Assembly (NCBI RefSeq): GCF_044704955.1
Contig: NC_091977.1
Coordinates: 261,702,001-261,766,000 of the forward strand
Direction: 5' to 3'
From: Pristiophorus japonicus
Lineage: Eukaryota
DNA length: 64,000 bases
Every line of letters begins with the position of its first letter. Positions within the stretch are counted from its first letter, which is position 1. The notes beneath the pieces are model-generated. The model was not told the origin of the DNA, ran no database searches, and was given only the letters and a program-made list of their open reading frames with translations. Below are positions 13,584-27,000 of the stretch, in pieces. The position numbers and the translations under genes were made by a program.

Positions 13584-14040
13584 GAAAGAAAGAAAAACTT
13601 GCATTTATATAGTGCCTTTCATGACCACCCCACATCTCAAAACGCTTTACAGCCAATTAAGTACTTTTGGAGTGCAGTCACTGTTGTAATGCAGCAGCCA
13701 ATTTGCACACAGGCAAGTTCCCACAAACACCAATGTGATAATGACTAGATAATCTGTTTTTGTTGTTGTGTTGATTGAGGGATAAATATTGGCCAGGACA
13801 CCAGGGATAACTCCACTGCTCTTCTTCGAAATAGTGCCATGGACTCTTTTATATCCACTTGAGAGAGCATATAGGGCACTGGTTGAACGTCTTATCTGAA
13901 AGACAGCATCTCTAACAGTGCAGTGCGACCTCAGCTACCACAGAGTGTTAGCTCAGATTTTTTTTTTGTGCTCAAATGCCTGGAGTAGGACTTGAACCCA
14001 CAACCTTCTGACTCAAAGGTGAGAGTGCTACCCACTGAGC
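13584..14040 (-). mobile_element. Full-length Deu-domain SINE
   Basis: Reverse complement of 15370-15833, including tRNA head (GCTCAGTGGGTAGC, GGTTCAAGTCC) and tail. Confidence 0.85.
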
Positions 14041-14665
14041 TTCAGTCATCAGGCGAGCCATCTTGCAGTCAATTTGACCCCGAAGAGATCCTGTTTACGT
14101 GCTCTCATCAAGGAGCATAGTTACAAGCTAGTCATCCAACAGCTGACAATTTCAAGTTTGAGGAATTGATTCAGCAAGTAAGGTTGCTAGTGAGGCAGTT
14201 GCTGGATGTGGAGGGTGGGGGAAATCAGATGGAGAATGCAGTCACAGGTATAGAGTAGGAACAAACATATTTTTCTGCAATGCCTCCTTCTCTCATTGAA
14301 GTGACAGTGCAGAGCTACAAATGGAACAATTAGGCAGCATACCAAAGAAGCACCAGCATCCAAGCTTATTGAAGTAGACTTAACTACAATCGATTATCCA
14401 TATGATGGGCACTATAAGAAATATTGACATTTGAAATTAGAAAGAAAAAAATGAAAGGTAAATCTAAGGAAAACTACAATAAACAGTCTTGAATGTGGAT
14501 TTTTCTGAAGCAGCTGTTTCACCTTGGCAAGCTGATGGCTACCACTGGTCATGCTGAATCTTTCCCTGGTTCTTCAGTTAGAAAACTAAACTGTGCAAAT
14601 ATTTCTCTCAGCATAGGGGCACCCATACTATACCAAAGACTCCCTTGGGGGGGGTCTGTCACTCG

Positions 14666-14893
14666 TGGTCTCGTCACCGAGAACATGCAGAAAGCAAGCG
14701 CAGGCAGCGGAAGGAGCGTGCGGCATTCCCAGACTCCCCACCCACCCTTTCCTTCAACGACTATATGTCCCACCTGTGGCAGAGATTGTAATTCCCGTAT
14801 TGGACTGTGGACTGTTCAGTCACCTAAGAACTCACTTTTAGAGTGGAAGCAAGTCTTCCTCTATTTCAAGGGACTACCTATGATGATGATGAT
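14666..14893 (+). mobile_element. 5'-truncated RTE LINE 3' end
   Basis: Matches 19497-19700: C-terminal CPTCGRDC motif and (ATG)n tail. Confidence 0.85.
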
Positions 14894-15369
14894 CCTTTAC
14901 CTTCACCTGTATTCAGACAGGCAGAAATGTTTCTGGTAGAGAATGGTAGAGTCTGTTGGCCTAATTCATTGATGTCTGTGAGCTGCTACATGTTACCGCT
15001 TTGCACTGGCAGTACACTATAAGTCTGCCAGTTAGTTTTAGCTGAAACTCAGGTTACATTTTGTGTAGCACCCTAGATGTAGTAAGTAGTTTAGGAGGAA
15101 GAGCAGTTTTCTTGCTGCAGTTATCAGGATGGGACAATGCCACTTACCATTTAGTTTCAGATGAGTTGCTTTTCAGCTTTAGTGAATTGGAAAAAAAACT
15201 TTCATGTTTCCAAATAACAATAGTAAGATTATTCATCCATCTTCAATCCTTTGGTATTTCTTCCTTTGTCTTTCTGCTGCAACTTATTGTTGGTTCATTC
15301 ACTACAGGACATTTATTGATTGATTTACTTATAAGTTGTTGGGGTTCAGCTCTGGCTGACTGTCATCTA

Positions 15370-15833
15370 GTGGCTCAGTGGGTAGCACACTTACCTTTGA
15401 GTCAGAAGGTCGTGGGTTCAAATCCCTCTCTAGGAACTTAAACACATAAAACTAGGCTGACACTCCAATGCAGTGCTGAGGGAGTGCTGCCCTGTCAGAG
15501 GTGCTGTCTGTCAGATGAGATGTTAAACCGAGGCCCTGTCTGCCCTCTCAGGTGGATGTAAAATATCCCATGCACTTTTTTGAAGAGGAGCAGGAGAGTT
15601 CTCCCCGGTGTCCTGGCCAATATTTATCCCTCAATCAACATAACAAAAAAAACATATTATCTGGTCATTATGATACTGTTGCTTGTGGGAGCTTGCTGTG
15701 TGCAAGTTGGCTGCTGTGTTTTCCACATTGCAACAGTGACTACACTCCAAAAGTATTTAATTGGCTGTAAAGTGCTTTGAGATGACCAGTGATCGTGAAA
15801 GGCACTATATTAATGCAAGTCTTTCTTTCTTTC
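15370..15833 (+). mobile_element. Full-length Deu-domain SINE (SacSINE1-like)
   Basis: Pol III A box TGGCTCAGTGG and B box GGTTCAAATCC, Deu-like core (ATGAGATGTTAAACCGAGGCCC...CCCCGGTGTCCTGGCCAA), (TTTC)n tail. Confidence 0.85.
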
Positions 15834-15884
15834 ATTCCTAATCCACTAACTAGAAGTTACAGCAAAGAAATGTTTGTGACTACC

Positions 15885-16085
15885 TGCTAGCTCATCAAGT
15901 TCATTCAGTGAGTAGTTGAGCCAAACAAACCAGAGAGATTCCAGGTTTGATCTCGGCCTGTGTTACGCCAAATGGTCTCAGCTGGGGACCAGTAGGATGC
16001 TGCAATTAGCCTCAATATCCGTAATTATTAAATAAAATAAAAAATCAGCCAGTGTTTACAGCCTTGAGCACTATCCAGTGATCTC
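15885..16085 (+). mobile_element. Second tRNA-derived SINE family, degenerate
   Basis: A/B-box-like motifs. Homologous to the reverse complement of 4525-4618. Confidence 0.4.
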
Positions 16086-16092
16086 GGGTCTC

Positions 16093-17282
16093 CATCAGCC
16101 TCAGCTCAATGATAGCATTCTCCTCTCTCTGAGACAGAAGAGCATGAGTTGAAACCCCCTTTTAGAGTCTTGAGCACATATTCTAGGCTGACACTTGAAA
16201 GCATTGTCAGAGTTGGCGTCTTTTGCATGCGATCTTAAACAGAGGCCCGTTCTAGCCTTCAGGTGGATATAACAGCCACCTTGGAACATTTATCCATCAG
16301 CCAACACCACTAAAACAGATTATTTGGTCACTTCGGGGGTGAAATTGGGGCTCCTGTGCACATGCCGTTAGCGCCTCCGGTGGGGGGGGGGTGGTGCTAA
16401 AGGGGCACGAATGGATTTTCGTCCATCTGGGAGGGAGAGGGGTGCGCTTCCGACTCCCGCAAAATTGCACGGGAGTTAGCAGGGGCAGAACACTGGCAGC
16501 TCCCCGCTCCTGCCGCTAGTGCTAGAGGCCACAGCGCCGGTGTAATCAACGGTATAATGCCCGGTTTTCACCCCACACAGCCCGTTTCCGCCCCGTGGTG
16601 GAAATTGGGCAGCACCCCGTGAAGCCGCCACAGGTGATGTCAGTGCCAGTCTCACATGTTGCAAACAATGCCATACTCTGCTCACGGGGCGAAAATTAAA
16701 GGGGAGGTGTGTGCTGCCATCTTTTTTTCGCGGCTGACTTACCGGCCTTCCATTCTTCATATCGCGGGGTCCGTGCCGCGATGGTGCAGCCCGGCACTCT
16801 GCTTCTGTACCTGGCTGTGGCCATGGCACCATGCATCCCCAGTGGCCTAGTGGCGCCCCCTCCCCCCACTGCAGAGCTTGCAGTGTGCCCTCCCCTTTAA
16901 CAAAAGGGGAGGGCCGCGTTGCGCTGCAACATTCGTGCGCTCACCGCCCCAGTACCACCCCTGAGAGGAAGTGGAGCACACGACATTGTGCTCCACTTCC
17001 TCTCGAGGGCAGTAACCCCAATTTCACTGCTGGGGCGGGACTTCCGCACCGGGCACAGGAAGTCCCGCCTCGCCTCGGTTTCCGCCCTCAAACGGGGCGC
17101 TACTGAATTTTGACCCCTTATTCTCATTGCTGTTTCTGGGGCACTGCTGTGCACAAATTGACTGTCACATTGGTCGACATAAGAACAGTAACTACTTTTC
17201 AAACGTAATCTATTGTCCGTGAAGTGCTTTGGGATGTCCTGAGGTTGTGAAATGTGCTATATAAATGAAAGTTCTTCCTTCC
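16093..17282 (+). mobile_element. Deu-SINE interrupted by MITE 16335-17117
   Basis: SINE sequence CAGATTATTTGGTCA resumes as TTCTCATTGCTGTTT after the insert. Confidence 0.75.
16335..17117. mobile_element. Harbinger-like MITE, family A (inverted relative to 470-1162)
   Basis: TIRs GGGGTGAAATT / AATTTTGACCCC. Homologous to 470-1162. Confidence 0.75.
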
Positions 17283-17354
17283 ACTGAAAGTAAATCTATG
17301 TGTTTGTGTGTGCATTTGTGAGAGAGATGGGTACTGTGTGTGTGTTTGCGTGTG

Positions 17355-19700
17355 TGAGCGTGTCCCTGCCCCGTGTCCCCACGGATGACAAACTAATCCT
17401 CCTCGGTAACTTCAACGCCAGGGTCGGCAAAGGCACAGCCCTCTGGGGAGGCGTGATTGGCAGAGAGGGGGTAGGAAAAGCCAACTCCAGCGGTACCCTA
17501 CTCCTGACAAAATGTCTGCAACATGAACTTCTCATCACCAACACCCTGTTCCACCACAGGGACAAATACAAGGCATCGTGGCAACACCCTCGCTCCAAAC
17601 ACTGGCACCTGTTCGACTATGTCATCGTCCGAGCCAGGGATCGCAAGGATGTGCGCATCACCCGCGCCATGACAGGAGCTGACGACTGCTGGACGGACCA
17701 CCGCCTAATCCGATGCATCATTGACATCAACATAGCCTCAAAGCGGAGGGGACAGCAGAAGCAGTGTCGCAAAAAAACTCAATGCCAAGGCACTTAAAGA
17801 CCCAGCTAAGAGAGCCCTATACAGTCAGCGCCTCACAGCTAACCTGGCGTGTCTTGATGACCCTGAGACGCTGAATGCCCACAGCGCTTGGTCTGCCCTC
17901 CACGCCTCCATAACCAGTGCCTGTGAAGAAACGCTTGATTATTCAACCAGAAAATACCAGGACTGGTTTGATCCAAGAACTAATAGGTCGCAAGCACAGA
18001 GCATTTCTGAGCCTCAAGCAACAACCCAACTCGGGAACAGAAAAGCAACATTACAGGCGGCTCAAGGCTGAGATCCAACAAAAAACCCGGGACCTAAAGA
18101 ACAGGTGGTGATGGAGAAAGCATAGGAGATACAACAACTGGCCGACAGTCATGATATGCGGCAACTACAGAGGAATCTCTTTGATATCAGCCACTGGTAA
18201 AGTTATTGCTAGAGTCCTCCTCAACCGTCTTCTCCCTGTGGCCGAAGAGCTCCTCCCAGAGTCACAGTGCGGATTTCATCCCCTACACGGCACAATAGAC
18301 ATGATCTTTGCAGTACGACAGCTGCAGGAAAAATGCAGGGAGCAGCACCAGCCCTGATACATGGCCGCCTTCGACCTTACAAAGGCCTTTGACACTGTCA
18401 ACTGCGAGGGTCTCTGGAGCGTCCTCCTCCGTTTTGGATGCCCCCAAAAGTTTGTCAACATCCTCCGCCTGCTCCACAATGACATGCAAGCCGCGATTCT
18501 AACCAACGGATCCATTACAGACCCAATCCATGTCCGGAGGGGGTTAAAGAGGGCTGTGTCATCGCCCCAACCCTCTTTTCAATCTTCCTCACTGTCATGC
18601 TCCAACTCACAGTCAACAAGCTCCCCGCTGGAGTGGAACTAAATTACAGAACCAGTGGGAAGCTGTTCAACCTTCGCCGTCTCCAGGCCAGGTCCAAGAC
18701 CAACCCAACCTCTGTCGTTGAGCTGCAATATGCGGATGATGCCTGCGTCTGCGCACATTCAGAGGCTGAACTCCAGGATATAGTCGACGTACTTACTGAG
18801 GCGTACGAAAGCATGAGCCTTACGCTAAACATTCGTAAGACAAAGATCCTCCACCAGCCTGTCCTCGCCGCACAGCACTGCCCCCCAGACATCAAGATCC
18901 ACGGCATGGCCTTGGACAACGGGGACCATTTCCCATACCTTGGGAGCCTCTTATCAACAAAAACAGACATTGATGAGGAGATTCAACACCGCCTCCAGTG
19001 CACCAGCGCAGCCTTTGGCCGCCTGAGGATAAGAATGTTTGAAGACCAGGCCCTCAAATCTACCACCAAGCTCATGGTCTACAGGCCTATAGTAATACCC
19101 GCCCTCCTGTATGGCTCAGAGACATGGATCATGTAGAGTAGACACCTCCAGTCGCTGGAGAAATACTACTAATGATGCCTCCGCAAGATTCGACAAATCC
19201 CTTGGGAGAACAGACGCATCAACATTAGCGTCCTCGACCAGAACAACATCCCCAGCATTGAAGCACTGACCACACTTGATCAGCTCCGCTGGGCAGGACA
19301 CGAGACTCCCGAAGCAAGCGCTCTACTCGGAACTCCTTCATGGCAAATGAGCCAAAGATGGACAGAGGAAACATTACAAGGACACCCTCAAAGCCTCGCT
19401 GATGAAGTGCAACATCCCCACCGACACCTGGTAGTCCCTGGCCAAAGATTGCCCGAAGTGGAGGGAATGCATCCGGGAGGGCGCTGAGCGCCTCGAGTCT
19501 CATCGCCAAGTGCATGCAGAAAACAAGCTCAGGCAGCGGAATGAACGTGTGGCAAACCTGTCCCACCCTCCCTTACCCTCAATAACTGTTTGTCCCACCT
19601 GTGGCAGGGACTGTGGCTCTCGTATTGGACTGTTCAGCCACCCAAGGAAGAGTGGAAGCAAGTCTTCCTCAATTCCGAGAGACTGCCTATGATGATGATG
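17355..19700 (+). mobile_element. RTE-clade LINE, 5'-truncated and internally deleted (APE + RT pseudogene)
   Basis: APE motifs LILLGNFNARVG, DYVIV, TDH. RT motifs NYRGISL, FDLTKAFDTV, LQYADD, LLYGSETW. Stops and frameshifts throughout; (ATG)n tail. Confidence 0.9.
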
Positions 19701-19792
19701 AGAGAGACAGGTGTGCATGTGGACATTGGGTGAGGACAGGAATAAGCCTGGTTATTATTTTCTCCACAGTGGAATACTCTGCCAGTACTCAC

Positions 19793-22641
19793 TGTCATGT
19801 ATCCTACATGGCTACTGTTGATACTATCAAAAGGTGTGCCACCAGAGGCCACAGCAGTGGGAGACTTGTAGGTTATCTGTTCAGGTGTGCCTGGTCTAGT
19901 ATAAAAGGCAGGCCACCAGGTGTGATCCTCACTCTGGAGTTAACAAATAAAGAACTAAGGTCACTACAGTTCAAGTACAACACATTGCTTTGTGGAGTCA
20001 TTACCAGAGCGTCTAAGGACACAACAATTGGCGACGAGATTTCGAACTTTCACACGAAAATGGCTACCCTTGGTACGTTGCAGCAGTTTGCCGATGGTGA
20101 TGATTGGGATGCCTTTGTGGAGAGGCTATAACATTTCTTCACAGCAAACGACCTGGCAGGAGATGACCCGGCCACACTGGCTGATAAGCGGCGAGTTATC
20201 TTGCTAACCAGTTGTGGGCCCACCATCTATGGCCTCGTCAGAGACTTGCTGGCACCAGCGAAGACAACGACCAAGACGTACAAGAAGCTCGTAACCCTGA
20301 TCCATGAGCAACTCAAGCCCAAGGAGAGCATCCTCACAGCCAGACACCGGTTCTATACCCATCGACAGCCCGAAGGCCAGGAAGTCGCGAAGTACGCCGT
20401 AGACCTCAGGAGGGTGGCTACTCAAGTAGCACCATGCTGGCGTTGCGGATGGAATCACAAGGCTCACCAGTGCCGCTTAAAGACTATGTATGCAAAGGCT
20501 GCCGCACAAAGGGCCACCTCCAGCAAATATGTAAGAGAAATATGACTCACTGTGTTGATGAAGAGTCTGCAGATGGCCAGGAATCCAGCGCGGATTATGA
20601 ATCGCGAGGCAGAGAGGCAGCCCAGTCCCATGGGGAGGTACATAGCATGTTTACCTGTACAACCGAGTGTTCCCCGCTGAAGATGGAAGTCGAGATAAAG
20701 GGCGTTCCAGTCTTCATGGAAGTGGACACGGGGGCGAGCCAGTCAGTGATGAATCAAGAAGCCTCTGAGAGGATATGGGACAATCAATGAGAACGATCCA
20801 AGTTGATGCACACCTACACCGATGAAATCATCCCCGTCGTTGGTAGCGCAAATGTAAAGGTACTCTATGATGGCGCGGTGCACAAGTTACCTCTGTGGAT
20901 TGTTGCAGGTGATGGACCAACGCTACTCGGCAGGTGGATGGAGAAGATCCATTGCAAATGGTAAGATTTCACCCCTCCAGCGATCGACGCCCTCTGTGCT
21001 CAGAGGCAAAGCATGGCCTCACCTGAGGGTGGACCCTGCACCAGAGAGCAGACCAGCATGGCACCCGAGGCACAGACCGCTCAGCACGACTGCGTGGAGA
21101 TGATCCAGTTGAGACGACCCGAACGCACCTTCCAGGCTCCAGTGTCAGGAGTCCGGAGGAAGAAAATCGGATCCAGAGGCGACTTCCAAGCTTTGGAGGC
21201 AGAACCGGGAGAGAAGAGGATCACCGCAGTCGACATCGTGGAGGGAGGAATGATGGCACCCAAACCACAAGGTGAAGCGCGGAAGACAAAGATGGTCACA
21301 GCCAAACCACGAGGTGCAGCGTTGATGGAGCAACACGTGGCATGAAACGGAGAAGCGAATTGGGGTAAAGAAAGCAAGGATCTCTTAAAGGAGACCGGCA
21401 ACCCACCACAATTAGAGGGACAGTTCCACACACTTAAGCAATGTAATAGTAATTGTAAGTCAGAGGAAAAAGGTGAAAATGATCATGTAAAATGTGCAAC
21501 TGATAATCTGAATTGTATATACACAACCAGTGAGGAAAAGTCGGCAATTATGTAAAATGTGTAATTGATGATCTGAACTGTGCACATACAACTAGCGAGA
21601 AAAAGTCACGCAATCACAATCGGACCCACAGTGTGTCCAACATAAGTAATGAAAAGTTGTGCGATGCAGGATTTCAACTGCATGCAGCCAATGCAGTGAG
21701 CAGACACCCATCGGGAGCACAAAGGTCCAGTGAGTGACCCAATGCTGTAGCCTGTGTCCCGGGGACCAGAGTCATGCACCATGGAATGTGGCCACAAGCA
21801 GCCGTCACACACGAGCTGCAGAGCAAGTGATCTCAGCAGGGCAATGACACCGGTATCAATACCACGATACCCCTGATCAGCTGAACCTCTCAGGCACCCG
21901 ATGGCACCAACTGCCATGAGCCTGAAGGAGCAGACTGTACTAAGGCGCAGTCCACAGACTCCAAAGGGACCACGCCAACAGCCCCGAGAGCAGGCTACTG
22001 GAACCAAATGGGTTCCCACTGCCAGCACCGGGCACTGAGCCGCCACCAGACTGCAGGGACACAACCCAGCAGCCCCGGAACTAGTTTGTCCTCACGCACC
22101 GGTCACTGCATCGATAAGGCATCCAACGTACTTGTCGCACTACGGAACCACAAATATAATGCAAAAGCGATTTTCCTGAATTTGAATGCTAGGAGCCCCC
22201 GCCATAATCAATGTGGGGGGTGGGGGGGGAGAATAGAGTGGTTAGGAACACACACAAACTAACAACCACCAACACTCTACTGCACCAGCCACTCACCCAA
22301 GATTGAAATGACCTGCCAAGGGTCAACTGGACAGAGCCCACATAGAGCTAAGACCAGTGCACAGTCAATTCAGAGGCGGTTTGCACTAAAGGCTCAGGGG
22401 AGAGTGATGTCATGTATCCCACATGACTACTGTTGGTACTATCACAAGATGTGCCACCAGAGGGCTCAGCAGTGGGAGACTTGTAGGTTACCTGTACAGG
22501 TGTGCCTGGCCTAGTATAAAAGGCAGGCCACCAGATGTGATCCTCACTCTGGAGTTAACAAATAAAGGACTAAGGTCACTACAGTTCAAGTACAACACAT
22601 TGCCTCGTGGTGTCATTACTAGAGTATCCAAGGACACAATA
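19793..22641 (+). mobile_element. Non-autonomous Gypsy (Mag-like) LTR element with gag and protease remnants only
   Basis: Direct 234-bp LTRs at 19793-20026 and 22408-22641, TSD CTCAC, PBS TGGCGACGAG at 20029, PPT GGGGAGAGTGA. Zinc knuckles CWRCGWNH and CKGC..KGH, protease VDTGAS. No RT or integrase motifs. Confidence 0.9.
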
Positions 22642-24018
22642 CTCACCATCAAGGCTCACAGGTTAATGTCCTCTGGGCGAAGGTGCTGGAGGGAGACCAG
22701 CTTTGATAGAACCTTGTTCTAGGATATAAGGCAGAGAGAAAAGTGATGGAGAAAACAAACACACACACACATGTTTATGGTGAATCATTTTTATTACAAG
22801 TTAAACATTGATGCCCTGAACTTTCGCAAGGGTTGTCCTAATCTCCCACCGTAACTTCTCACCGTAAGCTGGAGATCAGTGGCGAAATTACAAAATAGTC
22901 TGAAAGTAGCTGTTTAGTCTCTTTAATTGTGGGTTCTGCAAAAATCCTGCCAAGCTTCTCTCCACAGATGCTCAGGGCCTGAATTTTTCTGTTAAAGTTC
23001 GCACATTATGTAAACCACCATCTTGAAAGCAAACCAAAATTGACGTGCTGATGGGCTTAGAACTGCAGTTCTGTCAATGCAACTGCTGCCGCTGTAGTTT
23101 TTTAATCTTAAAATTTAGTTTGCTAAGAAAAGGCATTGGAAAATAATAGAGAATAACTTGTCACGGCATTGGAGCAGGAGATTTCTTCAAGCAGCTTGTT
23201 TGCAGCGGAACCAAACCAAACATTTCCTTCACAACCAATGGCACTTTTCATGAACAAATATGTCCTTTGAAAATTTCAAGCAGTTTTTCAGGAAAGGAAG
23301 GAGTAACTTGCTCTTTGCCATGCTTCCCTATCGTCTTCACCAAAAATGAGCTTCATCAGATTTGTTCAGGTTCTCAGCTGGCCAAAACCACATTCGTTGC
23401 CCAACTCTTGTTGCCCTGAGAAACTGGGCCTTTTCCTTGTATGTTAATGGTGCTCCCACAACAGTATTAGCTAGGGCTTCCAGAATTTTGCCCAATGTCA
23501 ATCAAGGAATGGCAGTATATGTCCAACTCAGGCAGCTTTGTCACTTGGAGGTGATGGTGCTTCTTTGACATTGTTGCTCTTGTCCTTCTCAGTAGTAGAG
23601 GGCATGGGGCTGAGGGAGTAAGTTTGGAGAGTTACTGTACTGCATTCTGTAGACCATACATAGTGCAGATTTAGCCTGCTGGTGATACTCGGGCAGATAT
23701 TGAGTCAAGAGGCTGGATGCCAGTTAATTGCACTGTGTAATCCTGACTGATGTTGACATTCTTGTGTTGCAGCTTCATCCATTCAAATGAACAGTGAGCG
23801 TTTCGCTTTTGACTTTCTCCTTGTATATGGTGGAGAGGTGAGCCACCCGTCGCAGGGTAACCAGTCACTATCCTGTTCATGTGGCTGATCCACTTAAACT
23901 TCTAGTCAGTGGTAACGCCCAGGATGCTGATGGTGTGGACTTGGTGATGATGGTGGTGGCACTGAAGGTCACGGCCAAGTGATTAGGTCTTCTCTTGTTT
24001 GAGATAATCATTGCCTGG

Positions 24019-27000
24019 TGTAGTGTCCTTACACCTTACTATAGAATGACACGAGGCATGTACTGCAGACAAGGTCACTACGTAACCTGAACCTTTAATC
24101 CCAGGACCAAGAAATGCTGACCCTGCATTGGACCTCCCTTTACATACCTGGATGACCAAGTGAGGAGTGTCTCCCACAAGCTCACCCCCTCTGGTCAAGG
24201 TGTGCATTTCTCAGGTGTATACAGTGTACAGTGTTGTTACGCAAAGGTTACAGTTATGTGAAGGTTACAAACATGACATCACCTCCCCCCAACGTCTTTG
24301 GGTCAAAGATTGAGTCTTTCAGGCGGTCGACACTCTCTCATGGAGCGCCGCAGTTGGGGCTCTGGTTGTTGAGCCTTGGCATGCGTCTCTGTCGCCTGAG
24401 GTGATTCCGGCCTGTCCGGGCTGGCCGCAGGGACTGTGCATGCTGGTGAATGTCCTTGTTGCTCGTTCACTGGCAGTGGTGTGGGTGACATCTCATGATC
24501 TTCGTCAGGTTCCTCAGTGTCTATGCTGAACCTTTTCTTTACTTGGTCCAGATGTTTGCGGCATATCTGCCCATTGTTAAGTCTGACCACTATGACCCTA
24601 TTCCCCTCTTTGCCAATTACAGTACCCTCAAGCCACTTGGGCCCCAAAGCATGATTGAGAATGAATACAGGGTCATCAATTTCTATGCATCTCCACACTG
24701 AGTTGCGATCATGGCACTCGATTTGGGACTGGCGCTTACCCTCAACAATGTCTGACAGGTCTGGGTGAATGAGGGCCGGCCGCGTTTTAAGCGTGCATTT
24801 CATGAGTAGTTCCGCGGGCGGGACTCCCGTGAGTGAATGCGGGCGGGACCTATAGGCCAGCAGGAGGTGCTGAAGGGAGGGTCCTTGAATCTGGAGCATG
24901 CCCTGTTTTATGATTTGAACTGCACGATCTGCCTGGTCATTGGAAGCCGGTTTGAACGGTGCTGTCCTGACGTGTTTGATACCATTACCCGACATAAACT
25001 CCTGGAATTCATAGCTAGTGAAACACAGGCCATTGTCGCTAACCAGGATGTCCGGCAAGCCGTGGGTCGCAAAGACCGTACGCAGACTTTCCACGGTGGT
25101 GGATGTCGTGCACGAATTCAATATGATGTACTCAATCCATTTCAAGTATGCATCGACAACAATCAGGAACATTTTTCCCATGAACAGGCCCGCATAGTCT
25201 ACGTGATACCTGACCATGGCCTGATGGGCCAGGGCCATGGGCTGAGTGGGGCCTCCCTGGGGGCATTTCCCAGCTGAGAACACGTCGTGCACCTGCGAAC
25301 CCAGTGTTCCAGGTCTGAGTTAATTCCCGGCCACCATACATGTGCCCGGGCAATGGCCTTCATAAGCACGATGCCTGGGTGCTCGCAGTGGAGTTCCCTG
25401 ATGAATGCTTCCCTTCCTTTCTGGGGCATGACTACCCGGCTGCCCCATAGCAGGCAGTCGGCTTGGATGGAGAGCTCGTCCATCCATCTGAGAAACGGCC
25501 TGACCTCCTCGGGACACGGTCCGTGTGCGGGCGCCCAATCCCCAGTCAGGACACATTTCTTTATCAGGTTGTAGGAGGGGATCTCTGTTGGTCCAGATTT
25601 TGATCTGGCGGGCTGTGATGGGGGAGCCTGTGGTGTCAAAAGCCTCAACGGCCATGACCATCTCAGCGCTTTGTTCCGATGCCCCCTCAGTGGTCACCAG
25701 TGGGAGCCTGCTGAGCGCGTCAGCGCAATTTTCGGTGCCTGGCCGGTGTCATATGGTGTAGTCATATGCAGCCAGCGTGAGGGCCCACCGCTGTATGTGA
25801 GCTGACGCATTGGCACTGATAGCCTTGCTGTCAGACAACAGGGATGTTAACGGTTTCTAGTCCGTTTCTAACTCGAACCTTCTGCTGAAAAGGTACTGGA
25901 GCATCTTTTTCACCCCGTAGACACATGCGAGTGCTTCCTTTTCAACCATCCCATATCCCCGTTCTGCCTGGGAGAGCGACCTGGAGGCATAAGCCACAGG
26001 TTAGAGTTGGCCCTCATCATTACTCTGCTGCAACAAGCACCCAACCCCTTTGGATGATGCATCACACGTTAAAACCAGTTTCTTACAGGGGTTGTACAAG
26101 GTCAACAGCTTGTTAGAACAAACCAGATTCTGCGCTCGATTGAAAGCCCATTCTTGACAGTCTCCACAAAACCATTCACAACCTTTACGCAGGAGCACGT
26201 GCAGCAACTCCAACAATGTGCTTAAGTTCGGCAGAAAGTTCCCGAAGTAGTTCAATAGTCCCAGAAATGACCGCAACTCCGATGTGTAGCCGGGCGTGGG
26301 TGCACGACGGATCCCCTCCGTTTTGGATTCAGTAGGCCGGATCCCGTCTGCGGCAACCGTCCTGCCCAAAAACTCGACCTCTGGGGGAAAAACACACACT
26401 TGGATTTCTTTAGTCACAAGCCTACCCGATCCAGTTGGCATAGCACCTCCTCCAGGTTGTGGAGGTGTTCCTCGGTGTCTCGACCCGTGATAAGGATGAC
26501 ATCTTGGAATACGATTGTTCCAGGGATGGATTTAAGCAAGCTTTCCATGTTCCTCTGGAAGATAGCGGCCGCTGAACGAATGCCAAATGGACACCTGTTG
26601 TAAACGAATAGCCCCTTGTGCGAAGTGATGGTGGTCAGAAGCTTGGATTCTTCAGCCAGTTCCTGAGTCATGTAGGCTGAAGTGAGGTCCGACTTGGTGA
26701 ACAGCTTGCCATCTGCCAGCGTGGCAAAAAGATCCTCCGCTCTCGGAAGCGGGTATTAGTCCTGTAGTGACACTCGGTTGATGGTGGCCTTGTAGCCGCC
26801 ACAAATCCTGACCGAGCCATCTGCTTTAAGGACAGGAACGATGGGGCTTGCCCAGTCACTGAATTCAATGGGCGAAATTATGCCCTCTCTTCGCAGCCTG
26901 TCCAACTCACTCTCAATTCTCTCACACATCACATATGGCACGGCTCTGGCTTTGTGGTGCACTGCTCTGGCATCCAGGGTGATGCGTATCACTACTTTGG

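Noticed and set aside
15143-15300. Minus-strand exon ending at ATG|GTAAGT
   Set aside because: Upstream frames contain stops and there is no convincing acceptor.
15370-15440. tRNA genes at SINE heads (also 2905 and 14040)
   Set aside because: The A/B boxes run directly into repeated SINE bodies, and no intact cloverleaf is evident.
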